Assembly: GCA_009691245.1 (NCBI GenBank)
Contig: SHUM01000006.1
Span: 20,399-84,398, forward strand
DNA: 64,000 nucleotides
Direction of reading: 5' to 3'
Source of the DNA: Acidobacteriota bacterium
GTDB taxonomy: Bacteria > Acidobacteriota > Terriglobia > 2-12-FULL-54-10
Shown here: piece after piece, positions 37,338 through 46,486 of the stretch
Layout of the letters: every line of letters begins with the position of its first letter
Numbering within the stretch: position 1 is the first letter of the stretch
Made by a program: the position numbers and the translations under genes
The notes under the pieces: generated by a model
Told to the model about the DNA's origin: nothing
Database searches by the model: none
The model's input: the letters and a program-made list of their open reading frames with translations, nothing else

Positions 37338-39050
37338 CTACTCCAGCGGCTCGACTTTTATGATGGTGCCTTCCAGATTGTTTCCGATCCAAAACGTCGG
37401 CGGGTTGGTCAGGTTATCGACGTTCACGCGGCGGATGTTGGTGGTGCTGGGCAGCAGATATTCGGTGGTCTCGCCGGTCTTGGTGTTCACGCGCACCACT
37501 TGATCGTTGTTCATGCCGCCGGCCCAGGCGTATCCGGCCTTGTCGGAGATGGCGTCGTACACATTGGTCCAAGGAGTGGGCACGGGATATTCGGTGAACT
37601 TCTCGGTCCTGGTGTCGAGCATCCCAATCTTATTGCCGCGAAATTCGGCGAACCACAGACGGTCCTCGGCGTCCATGTGCCCGCGCCGCGGGCCGGCATC
37701 GGGAGTGGGCGTGGCGTAGGGCGTGATCTTGCCGGTCTTGGCGTCCATCTTGATGATGTACGTGCCGTTCAGATTCAACCCATAGAAATTATTCTTCGAG
37801 TCCGACGACACGCCATACGCGCTGAGCCGGGGGACGCGCGCGCCGGCGGGCTGCCCCGCGTCATAATCAATGGCTTTCCACTCGCCCGTCTTGGTGTTCA
37901 CCTGATACTCGCTGTCGCCGCCGATCCACACGTTGCCGTCAACATCATTGTTGATGGGCATGACCATGGCGATGCGCGCTTCGTCGCGCTCCATAAATTT
38001 CGGCGAGCCCCAGGTCTGGAATTTCTTTGCCTTGCGATCGAACTTGGCGAGGCTCCCCTGGAACATGGTGCCCATCCAGATGTCGCCCATCTTGTCAAAC
38101 ACCAGGTCGAGCGAGCCGACCGGCGCGCCGGGCTTGGTGATGGGCAGCGGATACTCGACCGTCTTGGCGGTTCGGGGATCGAGCGTGCCCAGCACGTGCG
38201 AGCCGAAATCGGCGTACCAGATCATGCCGTCCGAGTCGGCGGCCACATCATGCGGCAGCGTCTCGGAGCGCGGCAGATCGTACTCGGTGATGATCACACG
38301 GGTGGACTTGCCCTTGGGGCGCGGCAGCGTCTTCAGCGCATACTGCCACTTGGAGACGGCGCTGAGATTAATGGTGCTCATGAACTCGGCGGTGCGGTTG
38401 GTGGCCTCGCGCTGCACGGGCCGCTCGCCCTCGCGCCCGGCGCCGGACATGTCGTCGGTGGCCGTTGTGCTGGCCCCGCGCGTGTTGGGGCGCAACTGCG
38501 GACGCAGCCGCGTGCTGCCCTGCGAGTAACGACTCATGCGATCCAGGATGCGCGGAAATTCCTTGGCCGTGTAGCGCGAGCGCACGATGGGTTCGAGCGT
38601 ATGGCACTGCGTGCAGCCGAGCAGGCTGTGCTTCTGCTCCGCCGTCCCGGTCATGCTGGCGAGCCATTCGCCGTTCGAGAGTTGATACGCGAGGTCGGAG
38701 GTTTCTACTAACTTCAGATCAAGACTGGCCGTCTGCGCCGCAGTGATGTCCACCGCTGCGGCCTTCTCCAGCTCATACCCGACGGCGCGCATCTTCACCG
38801 CGTAATGCCCCGGCTCCAGACGATTGCGCGGGAAGCTGTAGCGGCCCTGCGCGTCGGTGGCCACGCTGACGGTGACCGTCCCACCATCGCGCTTCGCGCT
38901 GACCACCACGCCTTCCATCACCGGCTCCTTCGCCGAGCGGACCACGCCCGTCAGCGCGGCATCCTCGGCGGCCAACGCCGGCGCGATGAAGGCCGCTAGT
39001 ATCGCAAGGCTAAGAGTAAGGGTCCTCAATGTATGTTGGGTCTGAAGCAT
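37338..39050 (-). CDS. Secreted protein: carboxypeptidase-regulatory-like domain + CxxCH haem-c motif + six-bladed Vgb/streptogramin-lyase-like propeller
   Basis: LTGVVRSAKEPVMEGVVVSAKRDGGTVTVSVATDAQGRYSF, then GCTQCH, then six repeats of the D..G.(I/V)W.......(I/V)...D..T.K type. The start is ATG at complement of 39048-39050. Confidence 0.6.
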   Translation of the reverse strand: MLQTQHTLRTLTLSLAILAAFIAPALAAEDAALTGVVRSAKEPVMEGVVVSAKRDGGTVTVSVATDAQGRYSFPRNRLEPGHYAVKMRAVGYELEKAAAVDITAAQTASLDLKLVETSDLAYQLSNGEWLASMTGTAEQKHSLLGCTQCHTLEPIVRSRYTAKEFPRILDRMSRYSQGSTRLRPQLRPNTRGASTTATDDMSGAGREGERPVQREATNRTAEFMSTINLSAVSKWQYALKTLPRPKGKSTRVIITEYDLPRSETLPHDVAADSDGMIWYADFGSHVLGTLDPRTAKTVEYPLPITKPGAPVGSLDLVFDKMGDIWMGTMFQGSLAKFDRKAKKFQTWGSPKFMERDEARIAMVMPINNDVDGNVWIGGDSEYQVNTKTGEWKAIDYDAGQPAGARVPRLSAYGVSSDSKNNFYGLNLNGTYIIKMDAKTGKITPYATPTPDAGPRRGHMDAEDRLWFAEFRGNKIGMLDTRTEKFTEYPVPTPWTNVYDAISDKAGYAWAGGMNNDQVVRVNTKTGETTEYLLPSTTNIRRVNVDNLTNPPTFWIGNNLEGTIIKVEPLE

Positions 39051-39202
39051 GACATGCCTCCCACGGATTGGAATCATATGTAGCAAGTGCCACGAATTCT
39101 ATGCCCTGGTGTGGAGAAGTGCAAGTGTTTATTGTTGGCCGGTAGTGTCCTATATCTGAGTTGCTGAATGGTGGGGGCCAGAATTGCCCGAAGGGCAATA
39201 CC

Positions 39203-39230
39203 GTGAATAGCCGTAGGTGAAACCTACGGA
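39203..39230. repeat. REP-like hairpin GTGAATAGCCGTAGGTGAAACCTACGGA (copy 2)
   Basis: Near-identical to 21182-21210. Confidence 0.7.
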
Positions 39231-39289
39231 TCGGGAGCTCCTCACTTATCACTTGCCCGTGGGTACTTTCCGCTTCATCTCGTCATTGA

Positions 39290-39625
39290 CTATGGTGGGC
39301 CAGTTTTGCACCACCCCAGCCTCATAATGATCTGCGTGGAGGCTTGCTGCGCTTCGCCGAATTTCAGCATCAGGAAACGCTGGACGTCGGGCGATACGTC
39401 GTAATTGGGGAAGGCAGCGGGAGCCATCAGATACGGCCCTTCAAAGAGGACTGTGGGATTACCGGCGGAAAAACCAGGTGGGGACAGGTCTCCGACCTGT
39501 CCCGAAGCGGCAGGCAGGAATGCCTGCCCCACTTGCACATCCACCGCAATCACCTTGTTGCCGCAGCGGTAAAACGGTTCGCCGCCTTGGGGACGCCAGA
39601 CTTTCACCGGTAAGCTGTCGAACAT
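39290..39625 (-). pseudogene. 3-prime remnant of a TolB-like beta-propeller gene, carrying an in-frame repeat insertion
   Basis: VWRPQGGEPFYRCGNKVIAVDVQ-[VGQAFLPAASGQVGDLSPP]-GFSAGNPTVLFEGPY...NYDVSPDVQRFLMLKF resembles the last blade of acidobacterial propeller proteins. There is no matching N-terminal part upstream. Confidence 0.35.
39481..39528. repeat. Double-hairpin element (GGGACAGGTCTCCGACCTGTCCC + GGCAGGCAGGAATGCCTGCC), copy 2
   Basis: Read directly. It has the same architecture as 32739-32785 and lies inside the remnant ORF. Confidence 0.75.
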
Positions 39626-39689
39626 GCTCGGCACACAACAAAAAAGGCAGTGTCCGAAGACACTGCCCTGATGGATATCCAGTCGCTTA

Positions 39690-39893
39690 CTATTCTTCGC
39701 AAAACTCGTGATCCAATTCGTGGTCGAGCAGATGGGTGAACAAGCCGACTTTATCCACAATGATACAGGGGCCGTTATTGTCGTTCGTTTGGTGCCAAAC
39801 CGGATAACCGCCCTGTGGGCCGTCGCCCTTTTCTGCGCTGAGTTGGTTCACGGCGGCGGCTCCCACTAGGGCAGCCGCGATGGCGAGTAACAT
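39690..39893 (-). CDS. Small hypothetical secreted protein (67 aa)
   Basis: Signal-like MLLAIAAALVGAAAVNQLSA. I recognise no family and the RBS is weak. Confidence 0.3.
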   Translation of the reverse strand: MLLAIAAALVGAAAVNQLSAEKGDGPQGGYPVWHQTNDNNGPCIIVDKVGLFTHLLDHELDHEFCEE

Positions 39894-40147
39894 AGAGTCT
39901 TCTTCATGGTTGATTATTCTCCTGGGGGAACAGATTCAGACTCCTGCATTCTGTGAGGAGCCCAAGAAACTGTTATGAGTAATATGAACAAAATCGGCAG
40001 ATATGGTCCTATACGTACTGGGACTGCCAGCTAACACTTCGAGGTCATTATCGGAAAGCAGAATGACAGAATCGTAATGGTCAGTGATGAGTGATAAATC
40101 GACTCCGGTCTCCCCATCTCCATCAAAAACTTTCAGGCGCGGCGGGA

Positions 40148-40444
40148 TTAGCGCACCAGGCCTTCGCGCACCAGCATCTTCAAAAGGGTCTGGTAGCCGA
40201 TGCCCTTGCGTTCCGCGATCTTGCGGGCTTGCGCGAGATCGGTTTCCGGCAGGCGGAGCGCGATCTGCACGCTGCTCTTCTTATTGAGACTCGCCACTAG
40301 ACTCGATCCTCCGGTTTTGATTGCTTTCGATTTAATATCAGCGGATTTTAGTTTCACAAAAGCGCGCCCTGCCGGGCTGGCCCACCAGTCGGCCTCCGCG
40401 CTCTCGCTCCTAAATTTGGGCATCTGTCCCAATTTCCTGGTCAT
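40148..40444 (-). CDS. BrnA/CopG-like antitoxin-family protein (apparently orphan)
   Basis: The C-terminus IALRLPETDLAQARKIAERKGIGYQTLLKMLVREGL matches the ribbon-helix-helix GIGYQTL pattern of BrnA-type antitoxins. Confidence 0.6.
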   Translation of the reverse strand: MTRKLGQMPKFRSESAEADWWASPAGRAFVKLKSADIKSKAIKTGGSSLVASLNKKSSVQIALRLPETDLAQARKIAERKGIGYQTLLKMLVREGLVR

Positions 40445-40510
40445 AGGTCACCATTCTGCCGTCCGCCTTTTTGTATATGTAATGCAGATACAGATAAACA
40501 TAAACATTCC

Positions 40511-40546
40511 AGAAAAAGCCCACGGCACAGGAATCGTGCCGTGGCT
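40511..40546 (-). terminator. Rho-independent terminator of prfA
   Basis: On the minus strand CCACGGCAC-gattcct-GTGCCGTGG is followed by GCTTTTTCT, about 20 nt after the prfA stop. Confidence 0.65.
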
Positions 40547-40567
40547 ACCAAACTAGCGGGAATTTTC

Positions 40568-41644
40568 TTACGCGGCTTGCGCGCCCTTCAGGCGCTCGGA
40601 CTGATAGTGCGTGGTGAGCGCGTCGATGATGGGCGCGAGCTTGCCGTTCATGATGGCCTCGAGTTGGTGGACGGACATGCCGATGCGGTGATCGGTCATG
40701 CGGTCCTGAGGGAAGTTGTAGGTGCGTATTTTTTCGCTGCGGTCGCCGGAGCCAACCATCGAGCGGCGCTCCTCGGCCATGGCCGCATTCTGCTTGGCCT
40801 GCTCCAGGTCGAGCAGGCGGCTGCGTAGCACGCGCAGGGCCTTGGCCTTGTTCTTGATCTGCGACTTCTCATCCTGGCACGAGACCACCGTGCCGGTGGG
40901 CAGGTGCGTGATGCGCACGGCGGAGTAGGTGGTGTTCACCGACTGGCCGCCTGGCCCCGAGGAGCAAAACGTATCGATGCGAATGTCCTTGTTCTCGATC
41001 TTGATATCCACTTCCTCGGCTTCGGGAAGCACCGCGACGGTAACGGCGGAGGTGTGAATGCGCCCCTGCTGCTCGGTGGCCGGGACGCGCTGCACGCGGT
41101 GCACGCCGCTCTCATACTTCAGTTTGCTGAAGACGCCGCGGCCTTCGATCACCGCGATCACTTCCTTCACGCCATTCACCGACGAGTGACTGACCGACAT
41201 CACTTCGACCTTCCAGCCCTGCGTCTCAGCGTAGCGCGTGTACATGCGGAAAATCTCTTCGGCGAACAGCGTCGCCTCGTCGCCGCCAGTGCCTGCACGG
41301 ACTTCCACGACCACATTCTTCTCGTCGTTGGGGTCCTTCGGCAGCAGCAAAACCTTCAGCTCGGCCTCGATGGCTGCGAGCTTCGGCTCAAGCTCGGCGA
41401 TCTCCGCCTGGGCCATGGCGCGCATCTCCGGGTCGGACTCCTGCATCATCTCGCGCGAGCCGGCCAGCGTCTGCTCGACGCCCTTCCACTCGCGATACTT
41501 ATCGACAATATCGGCGAGCTCGCGGTGCGCCTTGGCGAGCTTCGAGTAAAGCGCCGTATCGTCGATGGTTCCGGGACGTCCGAGCTCTTCGCTGAGCGTT
41601 TCGAAGCGCGCTTCGGTCTCTTTCAATTTGTCGAATAAGGACAT
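40568..41644 (-). CDS. prfA: Peptide chain release factor 1
   Basis: The GGQ motif ([11 protein letters not shown]) and the RF1-type PxT tripeptide ([17 protein letters not shown]). The start is ATG at complement of 41642-41644. Confidence 0.95.
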   Translation of the reverse strand: MSLFDKLKETEARFETLSEELGRPGTIDDTALYSKLAKAHRELADIVDKYREWKGVEQTLAGSREMMQESDPEMRAMAQAEIAELEPKLAAIEAELKVLLLPKDPNDEKNVVVEVRAGTGGDEATLFAEEIFRMYTRYAETQGWKVEVMSVSHSSVNGVKEVIAVIEGRGVFSKLKYESGVHRVQRVPATEQQGRIHTSAVTVAVLPEAEEVDIKIENKDIRIDTFCSSGPGGQSVNTTYSAVRITHLPTGTVVSCQDEKSQIKNKAKALRVLRSRLLDLEQAKQNAAMAEERRSMVGSGDRSEKIRTYNFPQDRMTDHRIGMSVHQLEAIMNGKLAPIIDALTTHYQSERLKGAQAA

Positions 41645-42033
41645 GGTGATACCGTAGAAATTTCCGGGGCCCAAAAGGCCAATTCCCACAATACGAGGAA
41701 AGCCGCGGGCAAGTCAAACGAACGGTTGGATTTCTACGTTAGATGTCTATCGCGGGGCGCCAACAGGGATGGCCGGGAGATTGGGGTTGCTGGCGATGCC
41801 ATTCTGCGGCTATAGCCGCATTTCTTTCTTGACTCGTCGACGCACGGGAACTAGACGTGGCATCCTGTATGCCACGGCGCGTTTAAAAATGGGCTTACGG
41901 ACCTGTTCTATGCAGCGTGCTGTAAAGCAATTTACTGTCACGATTCTGTGAGGGCGGAACAGCGCTACTTCTAAGGACCACCTGACTTGCTTCCTCCTCC
42001 AAAGAGGAGGCGGAACGTCCAAGGAGACCCGGA

Positions 42034-42675
42034 ATGTTGCAACCAGCACACCTGTCGCAGCGACGGCCATCGGCCCCGGCGCTCGTTCTGATAGATTCTT
42101 CTTTCGTGCCGGTTTGCTACAATGCGGAAGCGATCCGCGTGCTGATATACCCGCAAGACCCGGAGGACGTTCCATCTCTCCCCAAGCATATTGAGACCAA
42201 ACTGCGGTCGGTTTCTTCCGTGCTGCGCCTTCCGCGCCGGGCTCCCGGCAGCGTGACCATCGAATCGGGCAGACGGCAGTATGTGGCCCGCACCTTCACC
42301 TTCAACAATCACCGCAAGCCGCCCGCCTCCCTCGCCAACGGCTACCCCATGCTCGCTCTCCTGTTGGAACGTCCGGAGCGCTACCCGAATGCCGCCCAGG
42401 AACGGGATCCCCTGGATGTCGTGCTGACTCTCATGCACGAGCGGCAGAAGCGCCACTCCGTAGATCTCTCCCCCATCGCCGCCCAGTTCCGCCTGACCCC
42501 GCGCGAGAAGGAGACATTGCAGTACCTGACTGAGGGACTGACAGGCAAAGAGATCGCCCATCAGATGCAGATCAGTCCGCATACCGTGAAAGCCTTCCTC
42601 CGGCTGGTGATGAGCAAAATGCAGGTCTCCCGGCGCATCGAGATCTTTGGGAAAATCCTCACCGTCGGCCATTAG
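42034..42675 (+). CDS. LuxR-family transcriptional regulator
   Basis: C-terminal HTH LTPREKETLQYLTEGLTGKEIAHQMQISPHTVKAFLRLVMSKM. AAGGAG lies upstream of the ATG. Confidence 0.8.
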   Translation: MLQPAHLSQRRPSAPALVLIDSSFVPVCYNAEAIRVLIYPQDPEDVPSLPKHIETKLRSVSSVLRLPRRAPGSVTIESGRRQYVARTFTFNNHRKPPASLANGYPMLALLLERPERYPNAAQERDPLDVVLTLMHERQKRHSVDLSPIAAQFRLTPREKETLQYLTEGLTGKEIAHQMQISPHTVKAFLRLVMSKMQVSRRIEIFGKILTVGH

Positions 42676-42776
42676 GTCCGCCTGGGGGGCTGCTCCTGGC
42701 CTCCGTCCGAAATCACTCCCGGCTACTCCCTTTGGGGGATTGCAATACGCCCCCGATAGGACGATGATCCACAGCT

Positions 42777-43094
42777 ATGGATCAGGCGGCAAATCACGAA
42801 AAGCGCTCCCACCCTCGCTATCCCGTGCGCGGCCAACTAACCGGAAACGTCCTGTCAGCGTTGTTGTCCCCCCTCCCGGGGTCGGAAGTGCCTTTTCAAT
42901 GGACCATCCAAGATATCAGCCAGGGCGGGTTTGGCGTGCTCACGCCCTCAACTGTGAGCGTGATGACTCCCATCCGATGCGAGGTCCAACTGGACGATAT
43001 GCCGGTGTCCATTCCCACTTTGGTTCAAGTCTGCTGGACAGAGAGAAACTCGTCCGGGGAGGGCGCCAGAGTCGGCCTCCACTTCCTACTTTAG
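42777..43094 (+). CDS. PilZ domain protein (c-di-GMP receptor family)
   Basis: EKRSHPRYPV (RxxxR-like) and IQDISQGGFGVLT (D/NxSxxG) motifs. Confidence 0.75.
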   Translation: MDQAANHEKRSHPRYPVRGQLTGNVLSALLSPLPGSEVPFQWTIQDISQGGFGVLTPSTVSVMTPIRCEVQLDDMPVSIPTLVQVCWTERNSSGEGARVGLHFLL

Positions 43095-43230
43095 ACTCCG
43101 CAAGCGGATTAGTCCGTTCACGCTAGTCCAAAAGGATTAGTCCATCGGCGTAGTGAAACAATGGGATTGACGTGAAGTGGGAAGCAGTCGCATAACGGTA
43201 CGCATTCTCTGAGAAATTACGGGAGCGGCC

Positions 43231-44217
43231 ATGAAGCAATGGAGGTCATGCAGGATGAAGATTCTGTGGGTAGCGATCCTCGGCATTTTTACACTTCCCT
43301 TCAGCGCGCGGCTGGCTTCCGCCCAGGAGCCGGGAACTTCCCAGCAGCAGGCCGCCCAAGCGACTGCTTCCACCCAACAAGTGCCCGCTTCCGCCCAACA
43401 AGCGCCGGCCGTCTCCGCGCAGGCCGCCCCCCAGCGTCCGCGAATCACCTTCAAGGAAGGTTTGGTAACTGTGCGGGCTAAGGACACCTCCGCGCGCTGG
43501 CTAGTGTAGGAAATCGCCCGCGAGGCGCGCATCGTCCTTCAGATTGATCCCCAGGCGGCCGATCAGAATGCCTCCGTCGAGTTCGAGGGGATTCCGGTGG
43601 ATGCGGCGGTGCAGTAACTCCTGAAAGATTTCGATGCCTTCTACTTTTACGGCGTGGACGACGAAAAACCCCCGGCCCGTCTCCAAATCGTTTGGGTCTA
43701 TCCCAAGGGCAAAGGGGCCGGCCTGGAGCCCACTCCACCGGAGCAGTGGGCCAGCACCAAGGAGCTAAAGGAACAGTTGGCCAGCAAGAATCCCGAGGCC
43801 CGCGCCAATGCCATCGAGCAACTCGTCGAGCGCCTGGTGGACGGAGCCCAGAACGACGTGCTGGAAGCCCTTGGCGACCTCGACTCCAGTGTTCGTACCC
43901 GAGCCCTCTATGCCGCGCAGGAGATTGGCTTGGACTTGCCCCCCAGCCGACTTTCGGAGGTGGCCATTTCCGACCAGTCCTCCTTTGCCCGCTTTCTGGC
44001 CCTGGACGCCGTCGGCGGCAACCGCGAATACCAGTGGGTCGTGGAGCGCGCCCTCAACGATCCCGACAAATACGTCCAGGCCAAGGCCAAGGAGATTCTG
44101 GAGCGGCAGAAGTGGGCGGACGAAGCCAGGCACCCGCCGCCGCCGCCGCAGACACAGCAGGAGCTTCAGCAACAGCAATCAGGGGCTGCGAATCAGCCCG
44201 TTGGCATTGGTGTCTAG
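43231..44217 (+). pseudogene. Secreted HEAT-repeat protein gene interrupted by two in-frame stops (TAG 43507, TAA 43615)
   Basis: Track ORFs 43231-43509 and 43654-44217 are in the same frame. Across the stops the translation reads ...VRAKDTSARWLV*EIAREARIVLQIDPQAADQNASVEFEGIPVDAAVQ*LLKDFDAFYFYG... with continuous domain-like sequence. Confidence 0.55.
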
Positions 44218-44907
44218 AAACGAGCTAGGTACCAACGATCCGGGCACCTCGAAGAACGAGCCGACGATCCGCGTGCCATTTGAATACCCCGCGGAGGCGG
44301 ATATGCCCCCGAATCCATTGTCGGTGGGACTCTCGATGCCGCCCGATTCCCAGCTAATGCGGTCGTAGTTGAACTCGATGTCAAAATTGCCCGCGCCGGT
44401 GTCAGAGCGGTCAATGAGCACCACTTGGAAACTATTCAGCTTGTCGCCTTGGGAGATGTAGTAGCCCACATTAACGTAATTGACCCCGAAGGCCCTGCGG
44501 CCATTGACCGTGTCCTAGCCAAAGCGAACCACTTCGGATAGAGATGAGTTGGTGTCCACGTCCGCCCAAAACGGCGCGATCATGGGTACTGTAACGCTGG
44601 AAAGCCCTTCCGGAGAAAAGGCGGTAAGCGTGCTGCCAAAGGTGACGTTTCCATTGTTATTCACAAACACGCTGGAATGCTGGCTTCCAAAAAAGTTGAG
44701 CGGGAATCCCAGAGGCTGCGCCGAGTCCACCGAGCTATCATCGGTGCGGAAATGGCTGTTGGCCCGAAAACCAGCATTGGTCCGCACTGCCTGCGCAGAG
44801 GCTTGGGGCGCTGCCAGCGTGGCGATGGCGAGCAATCCAGTCCAACTGGCCATACTGCACAGCAAGGCGCGCAACGAACATCGCGGGCGAAGAGTGAATT
44901 CAGACAT
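44179..44907 (-). pseudogene. NIDO (nidogen-like) domain secreted protein gene interrupted by in-frame TAG (complement of 44515-44517)
   Basis: Track ORFs 44515-44988 and 44179-44469 share one frame. The read-through is ...NNNGNVTFGS...MIAPFWADVDTNSSLSEVVRFG*DTVNGRRAFGVNYVNVGYY...VVLIDRSDTGAGNFDIEFNYDRISWESGG. The likely start is MSEFTL at complement of 44905-44907. Confidence 0.6.
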
Positions 44908-45141
44908 CAGCTTGATTTCCCCCAATTGGAAGTTCCCCGCAGGCCTTCTGGGGACGCTCCAATACTGGTGCGGCGTTTCATGCTTCATGCAATTCCTTTG
45001 ATCTTAATTCTATTCCGTCCGTGATTGCTGTCAAGTGAAATGCTCCAGAACGCGGCACATCGTTAGGTCCCGAATGGGAATGACGCAACTTCGCGTAGGG
45101 AGACGCAACATCGGGTAGGATGGAGAGTGGAGTGTCCTGAG

Positions 45142-46368
45142 ATGGCTCAATTGCAGAGTTCAGCGCGCGATCAACGTCCGGTAGTGATCCTCGGCATCGA
45201 GTCGTCGTGCGATGAAACGGCGGCGGCGGTGGTCGAAGACGGCGCCCGCGTGCGCTCCTCTGTTGTCGCGTCGCAGATGGCCACGCATGGCAAGTTCGAG
45301 GGCATCGTGCCGGAGCTGGCCAGCCGCGAGCATCTGCGCAACATTGTTCCCGTGGTGCGCGAGGCCATGGAGAAGGCGGAGCTGAAGTACTCCGAGATGG
45401 ACGCCATTGCCGTAACGCACGGGCCGGGGCTGGCGGGTGCGCTGCTGGTGGGGCTCACGTACGCCAAGTCGCTGGCGCTGGCGCTGGACAAGCCACTCAT
45501 CGCGGTGAACCATCTCGAGGGGCACATCCACGCTGTGCTGCTTGAGGAGCGCTTGCAGGGCCGCGCCGAGCCGGAGTTGCCCGCGTTGTCGCTGGTGGTC
45601 AGCGGTGGGCACACTATGCTGGTGGTGAGCGAGGAGCGCGAAAGGCTCTGTGAAGGAAGTGAGGCCGGGGAAGTGGCTGGGGAAGACGCCCTGGTCCTGC
45701 GCCATCGCATCATCGGCCGCACGCGCGACGATGCTGCGGGCGAGGCGTTTGATAAAGTGGCAAAGCTGCTCGGCTTCGGCTATCCCGGCGGCCCGGTGAT
45801 TGACAAGCTGGCGCGCCTCGGCAATCCACGCGCCGTCGAGTTCACCCGCCCCAGGATGAAGGGCAACGCGCTCGACTTCAGCTTCAGCGGCATCAAGACC
45901 GCCGTGCTCCGCTACGTGCAATCCGGCGGCATGCCATCTGGTAGTGACATAAACGCCGAGATTGAGGCGCGACGCCTACTGAGGAGTGAGTCGCTCCGCC
46001 AGCATCTCGATATGACTCCCGTGGAACTATTCGACAAGATGCTTGCCACTTGCTCCACGCAGACGCTCGATCTGATCGCCAGCTTCCAACGCGCCGTGGT
46101 CGATGATCTTGTCGAGCACTGCCACGAGGCTGCCGAGCAGGAAGGGATCAACTCCGTATTCCTCACCGGCGGCGTGGCCGCCAACTCCGAACTGCGCGAG
46201 CGCTTCGCCAGCTTCGGTGAGCGCATCGCGCCGACCTATTTCCCGCGCCTGAATCTCTCGACCGACAACGCCGCCATGATCGCCGCCGCGGCCTACCCCA
46301 AGTTTCTCGCTCGCGACTTCGCCGGCTTTGAAGTGGCCGCAGATCCCACGCTCGCCCTCGGTGGCTAG
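45142..46368 (+). CDS. tsaD: tRNA N6-adenosine threonylcarbamoyltransferase
   Basis: [28 protein letters not shown] and [16 protein letters not shown] motifs. It is about 70 aa longer than E. coli TsaD as I recall it, through two in-frame insertions. Confidence 0.93.
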   Translation: MAQLQSSARDQRPVVILGIESSCDETAAAVVEDGARVRSSVVASQMATHGKFEGIVPELASREHLRNIVPVVREAMEKAELKYSEMDAIAVTHGPGLAGALLVGLTYAKSLALALDKPLIAVNHLEGHIHAVLLEERLQGRAEPELPALSLVVSGGHTMLVVSEERERLCEGSEAGEVAGEDALVLRHRIIGRTRDDAAGEAFDKVAKLLGFGYPGGPVIDKLARLGNPRAVEFTRPRMKGNALDFSFSGIKTAVLRYVQSGGMPSGSDINAEIEARRLLRSESLRQHLDMTPVELFDKMLATCSTQTLDLIASFQRAVVDDLVEHCHEAAEQEGINSVFLTGGVAANSELRERFASFGERIAPTYFPRLNLSTDNAAMIAAAAYPKFLARDFAGFEVAADPTLALGG

Positions 46369-46486
46369 TCTTCTCCGCTGGTCAACTAGAAACTTTCTAG
46401 GTAGTGTGCTTCCAGGCACGTCGTGCTCGGTCGCCAAATGATTCAATGTGTTATAGTTAAGGAAATCTTCAAGACCGCCAGACTTT

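Noticed and set aside
39880-39925. A possible fourth 1-nt frameshift: an upstream ATG AAG AAG ACT CT (MKKTL) with a better RBS, one base out of frame with the 67-aa ORF.
   Set aside because: The ORF has no recognisable family to anchor the inference. The second ATG already gives a plausible signal peptide, so this remains pure speculation.
44120-44181. A PEP-CTERM-like tail after the NIDO TGA (P*LLLLKLLLCLRRRRR), which would suggest TGA read-through to a sorting signal.
   Set aside because: The hydrophobic stretch is only about 10 residues and has no PEP motif. The sequence is simply the antisense of the Gln/Pro-rich tail (PPPPPQTQQELQQQQ) of the convergent plus-strand gene.
43507-44517. Possible stop-codon reassignment (TAG/TAA read as sense, or pyrrolysine) to explain the in-frame stops.
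   Set aside because: TAG terminates rplM, rpsI, rpsB, tsf and frr at the expected protein ends. TAA terminates the acyl-CoA synthetase and the aryl-CoA ligase. Two different stop codons are involved, and no pyl genes are seen.
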